Below, piece after piece: positions 1-8,491 of a stretch of DNA of 64,000 bases (positions within the stretch are counted from its first letter, which is position 1; each line of letters begins with the position of its first letter). The position numbers were made by a program, and so were the translations under genes. The notes under the pieces were generated by a model, which saw only the letters and a program-made list of their open reading frames with translations, was not told the origin of the DNA and ran no database searches. Origin of the DNA: Acidimicrobiia bacterium (lineage in GTDB: Bacteria > Actinomycetota > Acidimicrobiia > Spongiisociales > ZC4RG35); contig OY762464.1 in NCBI GenBank assembly GCA_963665765.1, positions 1,513,741 through 1,577,740 on the forward strand. Reading direction: 5' to 3'.

Positions 1-535
1 CATCCAGAATCCGATCAGCCAGAGAGTCGGAGGAGAACCCCCCGAACACCACCGAGTGCACCGCGCCGATGCGGGCGCAGGCCAGCATCGCCACCGGCAA
101 TTCGGGGATCATTCCCATATAAATGGCCACGCGGTCGCCCTTTTGAACTCCCAGGCTCAACAGGGCGTTGGCGAACCGGCACACCCGCCGGTGAAGTTGG
201 CGGTAGGTGATGGTCCGGGTATCGCCGGGTTCTCCGATCCAGTGATAGGCCACTTGGTCGCCGTGCTCGGCCAGATGGCGGTCCAAGCAGTTGTGGGAGA
301 GATTGAGTTCCCCATCCTCGAACCACTTGTAGAAGGGCGGGTTCTCGTCGTTGAGCACCTGGGTGGGCTCGGTGAACCAGTCGATCCGTTCCAGGGCCTG
401 GGTTCGCCAGAAATCGAGCCAGTCGGCATCAGCCTCGGCATGGACGCCCTCCCGAGCGTTGGCCTGTGAGGCGAAGGCGGCGGAGGGAGCAAAGGTCCTC
501 TCCTCGATCAGCAGGTTCTCCAGGGTTTCCGCCAT
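1..535 (-). CDS. acs: Acetyl-CoA synthetase, N-terminal part (gene continues beyond window start)
   Basis: Manual translation of the minus strand from ATG at 535-533 gives [88 protein letters not shown]...[20 protein letters not shown]...[36 protein letters not shown], the conserved Acs N-terminus. No stop codon before the window edge. Confidence 0.8.
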   Translation of the reverse strand, partial: MAETLENLLIEERTFAPSAAFASQANAREGVHAEADADWLDFWRTQALERIDWFTEPTQVLNDENPPFYKWFEDGELNLSHNCLDRHLAEHGDQVAYHWIGEPGDTRTITYRQLHRRVCRFANALLSLGVQKGDRVAIYMGMIPELPVAMLACARIGAVHSVVFGGFSSDSLADRILD

Positions 536-703
536 GGTGCGCTCCTTCTTAGTTCTGCGTGACGCTCCCCGAATTTAGGGAGGCGCGTGACACAATCGGT
601 CGGGGTGGCCTTCCGATATGACCATGGTAGATGACCGCGCGGGTGGCGGGGAAAGGCCCACCGGGCGGGGAGGGGCGATCGGGTGGGTCTCGGGTGGTCC
701 GGT

Positions 704-2218
704 TCAGCGGCGTCGGACGGGATATCGGCGCCGGAAGAGAGCGTGAAGGAACTCGGCGGCCAGGGCGGCTATCGCCAGTACTTGTACCCAATCTCCCAGA
801 CGGACGTAAAGAGTGGGTCCTTGGTCTGCCGAGCGGGTCTGCACCTGGTCGATCAGAAGGGCCTCTTCGGCGAGGGCAGTGCGGGGGCCGGTCTCGCCGG
901 TGGAGGCTATGAAGGTGGACCGGCCGGTGACGGCCGTGTGGAGCAGAGGCATACCCAGTTCTGCTGCTCTCATGCGGGTGATGCCGATGAACTGATCGGA
1001 GGCGACTGAGTAGGGATAGCTTTCTTGGCTGGTCGCCAGGATCAGCAAGCCCGCTCCTGCTTGAGCGTTCTCCCTGCCATAGCGAGCGAACGATCCCTCG
1101 AACGAGATCACCGAGCCGAACCTCCCGAATCCCAGATCCCAGAGAACCGGCCCCTCTCCCCGCAGCATGTCCCGACCGGGTAGGTCATCGTGCAGTTCTT
1201 CCACCCATTTGAACCAGGATCGGGCGGGGATGTATTCGCCGTAGGGAACCGGGTGCTGCTTGTGGTATTCGCCAACGTATTCACCCTGTTGGTCGAACAC
1301 CACGTTGGCGTTCACCCAGTGGGTGTCATCGAGAGGCCGGTCGCCCCCGGCCAGCAGCACGGCGCCGATGCGAGCGGCCTCGGCGCCCATCGTCTGTCCC
1401 ACCTCGGGAGCGTTGACGGGATCGGCAGTCCACGAACCGGTCGATCCTTCCGGCCATATCACCAGGTCTACGCTGCCGGGCGCCAAGGTACGGGTGATCC
1501 TCAGGTGGTTCTGATAGGTTTGATAGCGCTCGTTGGCGCAATGCTCGCCCGGGCAGGGATTGTTGCCTTGGACCACCGCCACCCGCACGATCTCTCCCTC
1601 GACCTGCGGCGCCCACCAGGCGCCGCTCACCAACAGCGCCGCCATCGCCGCGGCCACGCCGGCGGCCCAGGGAAGGCCCCCCGCTCGGCGAAGGTGGCGG
1701 GTGGCCAGCAGGACCAACACGGCGGCGGCGGCTACCGACACCACTGTCCATCCCGAGGCGCCGATCCAGCGCGCCGCGCTCCGGGGCGGACTCCAGGCGC
1801 TCCAGGCGTAGCCGGACGATCCCCACTCCAATCCTCCCAAGGGCCATCGTACTCTGAGCCATTCCATCAGAGCCCATCCGCCTACCGCCCTGACCAACCA
1901 GCGCGAGGCTGACACAGCGGAGGCTCGGGAAAGGAAAAGGGCATAGAGAGCCGGCCAGAGCGAGAGCACCACCACCGGTGGCAGGAGCGCGATCAGTCCC
2001 AGTTCCCCGAGCCACGTCATCAAAAGCCCGAAAAAGGAAACGCCGAACAGAAAACCCGCCAGGCAGGCCGATGGGGCGGTTACGAGCCGTCTGGTTTGGA
2101 ATAGGAACAGCCCAATGGCGGGAACCGTTATCCACCACCATCCCCAGGGAGGGAAAGCCATCGACAGGGCGGCTCCGGCCACCGCCGAGAGCAGGATGGG
2201 AGCAAATCGCTTGGTCAA
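704..2218 (-). CDS. lnt: Apolipoprotein N-acyltransferase
   Basis: 504-aa ORF with multiple N-terminal TM helices and a C-terminal CN-hydrolase domain (VAVVQGN...IWPEGS...). Confidence 0.8.
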   Translation of the reverse strand: MTKRFAPILLSAVAGAALSMAFPPWGWWWITVPAIGLFLFQTRRLVTAPSACLAGFLFGVSFFGLLMTWLGELGLIALLPPVVVLSLWPALYALFLSRASAVSASRWLVRAVGGWALMEWLRVRWPLGGLEWGSSGYAWSAWSPPRSAARWIGASGWTVVSVAAAAVLVLLATRHLRRAGGLPWAAGVAAAMAALLVSGAWWAPQVEGEIVRVAVVQGNNPCPGEHCANERYQTYQNHLRITRTLAPGSVDLVIWPEGSTGSWTADPVNAPEVGQTMGAEAARIGAVLLAGGDRPLDDTHWVNANVVFDQQGEYVGEYHKQHPVPYGEYIPARSWFKWVEELHDDLPGRDMLRGEGPVLWDLGFGRFGSVISFEGSFARYGRENAQAGAGLLILATSQESYPYSVASDQFIGITRMRAAELGMPLLHTAVTGRSTFIASTGETGPRTALAEEALLIDQVQTRSADQGPTLYVRLGDWVQVLAIAALAAEFLHALFRRRYPVRRR

Positions 2219-2276
2219 CAGTCCACCTTGGTGTTGTCAGGCTACCCAGGTGGCGAGAGCGGGTATTCTGTGCCGA

Positions 2277-3080
2277 GTGATAAAGGTCGGCATCGCCAGC
2301 GATCTGGATTTGGCATTGGGGATCGCTCGCCGAGCAGCGGCCTGGCTGAGGGAGGCGCTCGGCAAGGGCGCCGAGGTGGAATTCAAGGGGCGGGTTGATC
2401 CGGTGACCGAGGTGGATCGCCGGGTGGAGAAGGACATGCGGGAGATGTTGAGATCGCATCGGCCCTTCGATGCCATAGTAGGGGAAGAGGAGGGCGGGAT
2501 TCTTCCCGAACAGGGACGGGCGTGGATCATCGATCCGCTGGACGGGACGGTCAATTTTATCCACGGGTTGGCGCCGGTGAGCGTGTCGGTGGCGCTATGG
2601 GAGAGCAAATCGCCCCTGGTGGGAGTGGTGATCGAGGCCATTCGTGGCGAAGAGTTCACCGCGGAGCGCGACAAGGGCGCCCGGCGCGACGGTCAACCCA
2701 TTTCGGTGAGCGCCAACCAGGCTCTTTCTCAGGCTCTGGTCGGCACCGGCTTCCCGTATGATCGTCAAGAAAGAGCGCGGGAATACACAGCCTTGTTGGG
2801 GGCGGTGCTGGCCCGATGTCAAGGAGTGAGACGGCGAGGCTCGGCGGCTTTGGATCTCTGCTACGTGGCGGACGGCAGATTCGACGCCTATTGGGAGCAG
2901 GGCCTGGCGGTGTGGGATTTGGCGGCCGGGATCCTGATAGTCGAAGAAGCGGGAGGCAGGGCGACCGGCCTCAAGAGCGAGGAGGCGCCCCGGGACGGGT
3001 CCATGGTGGTGGCCACCAACGGCGTCGTCCACGCCCGGTTCCGAGAGGTGCTGGCCCGCGCGGTCAGCCAGACGACTTAA
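2277..3080 (+). CDS. Inositol monophosphatase family protein (SuhB/ImpA-like)
   Basis: IMPase motifs (DPLDGT..., WDxAAG). Start placed at an in-frame GTG downstream of the divergent lnt start; the ORF track extends further upstream to 2115. Confidence 0.75.
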   Translation: MIKVGIASDLDLALGIARRAAAWLREALGKGAEVEFKGRVDPVTEVDRRVEKDMREMLRSHRPFDAIVGEEEGGILPEQGRAWIIDPLDGTVNFIHGLAPVSVSVALWESKSPLVGVVIEAIRGEEFTAERDKGARRDGQPISVSANQALSQALVGTGFPYDRQERAREYTALLGAVLARCQGVRRRGSAALDLCYVADGRFDAYWEQGLAVWDLAAGILIVEEAGGRATGLKSEEAPRDGSMVVATNGVVHARFREVLARAVSQTT

Positions 3081-3090
3081 GGAGGAGAAG

Positions 3091-5064
3091 ATGGAAGAGT
3101 CCACCGAGGATATGTTCGACTACCCGGCGATCACCGTTGCGTTGGTGGAAGAAATCACCTCCGGCGCCATCTCGGAAGGGGAGCGGCTGAGGGCGGCGGT
3201 GCTGGATGCCGGCCCGAAGCGTTCCTATGACGATACCCTAGCCTCCCTCGAGGAGGTGGGGGAAGTGTTCGGTCGGGCCCACGGCCAGGCGGGGTTCATG
3301 GGTTACGTACACCCCGACGAGGAACTCAGAGCGGCCGGCCGCGCCGCGGGCGAACAACTCTCCAAATGGCTAACGGAACTGGCTTTCCACCCCGGGCTCT
3401 ACCAGGCGGTGGAAGAATTCTCCGCCACCGATGAGGCTGCCCGGTTGTCGGGAGAACGCGCCCGGCTGCTGGAGTTTGTCCGTCGGGACCTGCGGCGCGC
3501 CGGTCATCACCTTCCGGCCCGATCCCAAGAGAGGGTGAAGGAACTCACCGGGCGGCTGATAGAACTGGGGGTCGCCTTCGCTCAGAACATCGCGGAGCAC
3601 GAGGATGCCCTGGAGGTGACCAGGGAGGAACTGGAAGGCCTGCCCGAGGCCTATATCGATTCCCTGCCGCTCTCCCCGGACTGCGAGCGCCTGCTGCGGG
3701 TGACCATGGACTACCCTCACGTCACGCCATTCATGGAGAACGCCCGACGCCGTGACCTGCGGCGCCGCCTGATGAGCAAGTTCAACAGCCGGGCCGTTGG
3801 GACCAACCGACCGCTGCTTGAAGAGGCGGTGGCGATTCGCTCCGAGATAGCGGCGCTGTTTGGCGAGCCATCTTGGGCGCACCATCGCCTTTCTGACCGG
3901 ATGGCCAAGACGCCGGAGCGGGTGGAGGAGTTTTACGAACTGCTGCTGGCCCCGCTTCAGGAGGCCGGCCGCCGGGAAATAGAGCGCATCGCCGAAATGC
4001 TGGAGGCCGATGGGGAGGAACGACCCGTGCAGGTTTGGGATTGGCGGTATTACGACAACCGGATCCGCCGGACCGAATACGGGGTGGACCAGATGGAGGT
4101 GGCGGGGTATTTTCCGCTGGAGCAGGTGGTGGAGGGGATGCTGGACCTGACCGGGGAGGTGTTCGGGCTGCGGTACCGTCCGGCGAGCGCGCCGGTCTGG
4201 CATGAGGACGTGGTCACCTATGCCGTCTTCGACCGGGCATCGGGAGAGCGGCTCGCCCATTTCCACATGGATCTGTTTCCCCGGGAGGGAAAGTTCAGCC
4301 ATGCGGCCGCCTTTACGCTTCGGGGAGGCCGTCGCCTCCCCGACGGGTCCTATCAGGCGCCTGTGTCGGCCATCGTTGCCAACTTCACTCCGCCGTCCGG
4401 CGATGCCCCTGCCCTTTTGCAGCATTCGGAGGTGCTTACGCTGTTTCACGAGTTTGGCCACATTCTGCATCAGGTTCTGACCCGCACGGAATTGGGACGG
4501 TTTTCGGGAACCAGCACGGAAGGCGATTTTGTGGAGGCGCCCAGTCAAATCATGGAGAACTGGACCTGGCAGCCCGAGGTGCTGGCGAGGTTTGCTTTCC
4601 ACTACCGGACCGGCGAGCCTCTGCCCACCGAGGTGTTGGAGAAGTTGTCGGGGGCACAACTGCTGAATGTCGCCATCTCCAAACTGCGACAGGCCGGCTT
4701 CGGGTTGCTGGACATGGCCCTGCACGGCCCCGATCCTGACCCGGACCTCGACGAGATTCTGGCCGCCACCACCGAGGTTGCCCTGTTTCCCCAGCAGGAG
4801 GGGACCTTTTTTCCGGCCAGCTTCGGTCATCTCCTGGCCGGATATGACGCCGGTTATTACGGCTATCTGTGGTCGGAGGTCTACGGGGACGACATGTGGA
4901 GGCGGTTTGAGGAGGAAGGGGTCACCAACCCGGGGGTGGGGATGGAATATCGTCGGGAGGTGCTGGAGAAGGGCGGTTCCCGGGATGCGATCGAGACGCT
5001 CCGCGCCTTTCTGGGTCGAGAACCCGACAACCGGGCTTTCCTCCGCAAATTGGGAATCGAGTAG
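3091..5064 (+). CDS. M3 family zinc oligoendopeptidase (Dcp/thimet-like)
   Basis: 657 aa with HEFGH zinc-binding motif and M3 peptidase architecture. Confidence 0.8.
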   Translation: MEESTEDMFDYPAITVALVEEITSGAISEGERLRAAVLDAGPKRSYDDTLASLEEVGEVFGRAHGQAGFMGYVHPDEELRAAGRAAGEQLSKWLTELAFHPGLYQAVEEFSATDEAARLSGERARLLEFVRRDLRRAGHHLPARSQERVKELTGRLIELGVAFAQNIAEHEDALEVTREELEGLPEAYIDSLPLSPDCERLLRVTMDYPHVTPFMENARRRDLRRRLMSKFNSRAVGTNRPLLEEAVAIRSEIAALFGEPSWAHHRLSDRMAKTPERVEEFYELLLAPLQEAGRREIERIAEMLEADGEERPVQVWDWRYYDNRIRRTEYGVDQMEVAGYFPLEQVVEGMLDLTGEVFGLRYRPASAPVWHEDVVTYAVFDRASGERLAHFHMDLFPREGKFSHAAAFTLRGGRRLPDGSYQAPVSAIVANFTPPSGDAPALLQHSEVLTLFHEFGHILHQVLTRTELGRFSGTSTEGDFVEAPSQIMENWTWQPEVLARFAFHYRTGEPLPTEVLEKLSGAQLLNVAISKLRQAGFGLLDMALHGPDPDPDLDEILAATTEVALFPQQEGTFFPASFGHLLAGYDAGYYGYLWSEVYGDDMWRRFEEEGVTNPGVGMEYRREVLEKGGSRDAIETLRAFLGREPDNRAFLRKLGIE

Positions 5065-5071
5065 ACAGAGG

Positions 5072-5101
5072 CCGGGGGCCCCCTCTCTGAAGTGCCCCCG
5101 G
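5072..5101. terminator. GC-rich inverted repeat between convergent genes
   Basis: ccgggggc ...14 nt... gcccccgg, a perfect 8-bp stem between the M3 peptidase stop (5064) and the LiaF-like gene stop (5108). Confidence 0.4.
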
Positions 5102-5107
5102 GCCGGA

Positions 5108-5854
5108 TCAGGACTTCAGTTCGATCCCTCCGAACACCGCCGTTCCGGTAAGAGTGAGCCGACTCTCGGCACCCGGCGAGGGTGAAGGATGGCGTTTGTC
5201 GTCCACGCCCCCGAAGAAATTGGTGATCTGTTGATCGACGGTCCAGTGGTGGGGGATACGAATAGCCGCTCCACCGAACACGGCCGTAACTTCCAAGGTC
5301 GCCTCGCCGTCGGCCAACGCTGCCTCACGCAGGTCTATCTCGGTGGAACCAAACACCGAGACCACCTGGCCCCCGGCCAGAGCCTGGTCGGTGATTCTTC
5401 GATGGTTGCTCCCGAAAACAGAGGTGATGTTCAGTTCCCCGGGAGAGGACTGGTCTTCGAGGTGTGGGAGAGAATTCGATGGCGAGGAGCTTTTTCTCCG
5501 GGCGAAGAGGATCTTGACCCCGATCAGAATCAGGACCACCGGCCAGAGGCGCCAGATGTCACCAATGGTGTAACTCCAAACATCCAGGGTGTCCAGCAGG
5601 AACAAACCTCCCAGCACGATCAGCACCGTCCCCCCGACCCACGAGTCGCCTTTCCGCACCAGGTTGCCGACCCCCATCACGATCAGGATGACGGGCCACC
5701 ATTCACCCCTCGGTGAAGTTTTCCAAAAGGAACAGAACTCCGAGAGCAAGTAATGCCAGGCCGAACGCCCTGCGCCCGCGTGTGGAGGTCGAAGTCGCCA
5801 TGTTGTTCCTTTTCTATCAGAGGATTGCGTGCACCTGAAGGATAGATGGCGCAA
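5108..5854 (-). CDS. LiaF-like cell-wall stress membrane protein (DUF2154 C-terminal domain); start uncertain, possible frameshift
   Basis: Three predicted TM helices followed by a repeated VFGG..I motif typical of LiaF/YvqF-like proteins. A short ORF from ATG 5801 (MATSTSTRGRRAFGLALLALGVLFLLENFTEG*) lies upstream in another frame and may be the real N-terminus. Confidence 0.45.
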   Translation of the reverse strand: MRHLSFRCTQSSDRKGTTWRLRPPHAGAGRSAWHYLLSEFCSFWKTSPRGEWWPVILIVMGVGNLVRKGDSWVGGTVLIVLGGLFLLDTLDVWSYTIGDIWRLWPVVLILIGVKILFARRKSSSPSNSLPHLEDQSSPGELNITSVFGSNHRRITDQALAGGQVVSVFGSTEIDLREAALADGEATLEVTAVFGGAAIRIPHHWTVDQQITNFFGGVDDKRHPSPSPGAESRLTLTGTAVFGGIELKS

Positions 5855-5961
5855 AGTTCTCCGGTCCCGCCGCCGGCCAAGGTGGCCCGGCCGTTAATCC
5901 GGTTGTTCAGCCTCCGGTTGGCAGGGATGGGAGGTTAAGTAAAAGTTCTTTTGTAAATATA

Positions 5962-5990
5962 GTTGACAAATGGCTACGGCGCCCGTACAC
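5962..5990 (+). promoter_or_regulatory. Near-consensus sigma70-type promoter (-35 TTGACA, 17-nt spacer, -10 TACACT)
   Basis: Read directly in an AT-rich patch (about 5925-5995) just upstream of the ROK regulator gene; coordinates are +/-1 nt. Confidence 0.5.
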
Positions 5991-6045
5991 TGCCATTTTG
6001 GGTAAGCGAAAGGTTTGGCCTGTGATCGAAGAGTCGGGAGCCGGC

Positions 6046-7227
6046 ATGCTTCGCCTGAGAAATGGCCAGGCGGTTTTCGACCAGTTCGTTGAGGCCGGCC
6101 GACAGACGATCTCCCGAGCTGAGATTGCCCGAATGACCGGATTGTCCAAGCCCACCGTGAACGCTTTGGTGTCAGACCTGGAAGAAGCGGGGGTGGTGAG
6201 GCAGGTGCCTTTGGTTCAGTCCCAAGGGAGGATCGGTCGGCCGGCGGCGGCTTATCAACTGGTGCCCGACGCGGCGGTGGTGGTGGGCATCGACATGGGC
6301 GCCACCAAGACGCTGGTGGGAGTGGCTGACCTGTTGGGCGAGGTCATAGCCGGCGAGCGGGTTCCAACCCCATCGCACGCGGAAGCGGCCGTGGAGTCCG
6401 TGGTGGCGGCGGTGGGGCGCCTTCTGGAGAGTCTCGGCCACCCCAACCCCCGTTTGGAAAGCGCCTGCCTGGGCGTTCCGGGCGTTTACCGGCCCTCCTT
6501 GGACAGGGTGGAGATGGCGCCCAACCTGCCCGGATTCGGAGATCTGGCCATCCGGGCCGAACTGTCCAACCGACTGGGCGTTTCGGTGACCATCGAGAAC
6601 GACGTCAATTTGGCCGCGGTGGGGGAGGCGAACGCCATGGCCACCGAGGGAGTTGCGGATTTTGCGGCGGTTTCGATCGGAACCGGAATCGGTATGGGGA
6701 TGGTGTTGGATGGAGAGTTGTACCGGGGCGCCCATGGAGCGGCCGGCGAGATCGGATCGGTGAAGCTACCTCGGTTGGGAGGCGAGGTATTCCACGCTCT
6801 CACGCTGGAAGAGGTGGCGTCCGCGCCCGCCATTCGCAAGTTGTTCCATCGGGCGGTGGAGGCCGGGCATCCCACCGGCCTGGAAGGCGACTTCGATGTT
6901 CCCGCCATCTTCGCGGCTTCTGTCCAAGGCGATCAGGCCGCGGTGGCGGCCCTCCGGATCGCGTCCGATGCGGTGGCGTTTGCCGTTTCCTACTTCTGCT
7001 GGGTAAACGACCCCGCTCTGGTGGTGTTCGGAGGAGGGGTGGGCGCCAATCCCATTTTCGTTGATGCGGTGAGGGCGCGAATAGGCCGATACCTGACCGT
7101 GGTTCCGGAAATGGTTCCTTCGACAATCGGTGGACAAGCGGCGTTCTTGGGAGCGGTCTCCACCGCCCTGGCCTCGGTGCGGAGGGGTTTGGTCATCCAA
7201 AGACTGGGACGAAGGAACCAGAGATGA
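6046..7227 (+). CDS. ROK family transcriptional regulator / sugar kinase-like protein
   Basis: N-terminal HTH (ISRAEIARMTGLSKPTV) plus ROK sugar-kinase fold (VGIDMGATKT...GAAGEIG). ATG at 6046 preceded by a GGGAG Shine-Dalgarno motif; the ORF track starts at 5998, which would coincide with the predicted TSS. Confidence 0.75.
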   Translation: MLRLRNGQAVFDQFVEAGRQTISRAEIARMTGLSKPTVNALVSDLEEAGVVRQVPLVQSQGRIGRPAAAYQLVPDAAVVVGIDMGATKTLVGVADLLGEVIAGERVPTPSHAEAAVESVVAAVGRLLESLGHPNPRLESACLGVPGVYRPSLDRVEMAPNLPGFGDLAIRAELSNRLGVSVTIENDVNLAAVGEANAMATEGVADFAAVSIGTGIGMGMVLDGELYRGAHGAAGEIGSVKLPRLGGEVFHALTLEEVASAPAIRKLFHRAVEAGHPTGLEGDFDVPAIFAASVQGDQAAVAALRIASDAVAFAVSYFCWVNDPALVVFGGGVGANPIFVDAVRARIGRYLTVVPEMVPSTIGGQAAFLGAVSTALASVRRGLVIQRLGRRNQR

Positions 7228-8483
7228 CCGAGGCAGCGGCCGTCATTGCCGCCGCGGTCGATGCGGACTCGCTGGTTGATCTGGCCCAGGATGCGGTGCG
7301 GATTCCCAGCATCACTCCCAACGAAGGCGCTTTCGCCGAATGGGTTGCCGGCCGGCTTGCCGAGGGTGGCTGGAACGAGGTCGATCTGGTGGAGGTAGCG
7401 CGCGGCCGCCCGAATGTGTATGCCCGGACCGGCGCCGGAGAGTGTGGCGCCCGATCCTTGGTGCTGGCCGGACATCTGGACACGGTCCATGCCGATGACT
7501 GGACACAGGAGTGGGCGGGGAGCGATCGAGCCGACCCGTTCGCCGGACAGGTTATCGACGGAGAGATCTGGGCCAGGGGGGTGACCGATCAGAAGGGAGG
7601 AATCTGCTCCATCATCGAAGTGGTTCGGGCGATCCGTCGGGCCGGATATCGCCTGCGGGGATCGGCGATCGGATTATTCGTGTGCGATGAGGAGTCCGGT
7701 CAACCGGGAAGCGGGGTTTCTTTGGGAATGCGGGCCGCCGTCAAGCATCTCTGGGAAGGCTCAGGGCGCCCGCCCGATTTTGCGATCTACACAGAGCCGA
7801 GCACCGGCGCCATCTACTCCGCTCAGATGGGGTTCCTGATAGCCGACATCACGTTGTTGGGGAAGTCGGCCTACTTTGGCAGGCCTGAACTGGGAGTGGA
7901 CGCCCTCAAAGCAGGGCATGCCCTGCTGAGCGCTCTGTGGGAGCACAACGGGAAACTGTCCTCGGGAAAGCCCCATCCTCTTCTGGGAGAGCGGTTTCTG
8001 CTGGTGACCACGGTGGGGTCGGGCGGCAACATCGCGGTGCCTGGAAAGTTCGAACTGTCGCTCATCCAAAAGTTTCTGCCGGGGGATGACCTCGATGCGG
8101 CATCGTCGGCCCTGCGGGACATCGCCGCCCAAGTTGCGGAAGAGCACGGGGTTTCTTCCGAGGTGATCTTCTCCGCTCCGAGGGATCACTCGGTGGGGGG
8201 TACCCCCGATGAGATATCGGTCGACCATCCGGGCGTTCGTGAACTGGCCGGCGCCATCGAGGCGACCACCGGCCAACCGGCGAGAATCGAAGGAGCGCCC
8301 TATTGGTCGGAGAAACCGTTGTTGCGGTCGGCGGGTGTGCCCGGCGTCTATTTCGCCGCCGGTGACATCGGCGCCTGCCATACCCCTTTTGAGCGATTGT
8401 CCATTGAAGAGTTCGTTTCTTTGACCCGTACCTTGGCGTACTTTGCGGCGTCGTGGTGCGGAGTCGAAAAGCCCACAACCTAG
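7224..8483 (+). CDS. M20 family metallopeptidase (ArgE/DapE-like)
   Basis: AGHLDTVHADDW ... GVTDQKGG motifs typical of the M20 deacylase/peptidase family; its start overlaps the ROK stop. Confidence 0.7.
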   Translation: MTEAAAVIAAAVDADSLVDLAQDAVRIPSITPNEGAFAEWVAGRLAEGGWNEVDLVEVARGRPNVYARTGAGECGARSLVLAGHLDTVHADDWTQEWAGSDRADPFAGQVIDGEIWARGVTDQKGGICSIIEVVRAIRRAGYRLRGSAIGLFVCDEESGQPGSGVSLGMRAAVKHLWEGSGRPPDFAIYTEPSTGAIYSAQMGFLIADITLLGKSAYFGRPELGVDALKAGHALLSALWEHNGKLSSGKPHPLLGERFLLVTTVGSGGNIAVPGKFELSLIQKFLPGDDLDAASSALRDIAAQVAEEHGVSSEVIFSAPRDHSVGGTPDEISVDHPGVRELAGAIEATTGQPARIEGAPYWSEKPLLRSAGVPGVYFAAGDIGACHTPFERLSIEEFVSLTRTLAYFAASWCGVEKPTT

Positions 8484-8491
8484 GAGGAACC

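Noticed and set aside
1326-2564. 412-aa minus-strand ORF rich in Arg/Gly/Pro overlapping lnt and the IMPase gene
   Set aside because: Antisense or out-of-frame with well-supported genes; the Arg/Pro/Gly composition is typical of spurious ORFs in high-GC DNA.
3370-4830. 486-aa ORF antisense to the M3 peptidase
   Set aside because: No recognisable domains and fully embedded opposite a conserved gene; a high-GC shadow ORF.
5998-6045. N-terminal extension of the ROK gene from the ORF-track start at 5998
   Set aside because: It would begin essentially at the predicted TSS with no RBS, whereas ATG 6046 has a GGGAG Shine-Dalgarno motif.
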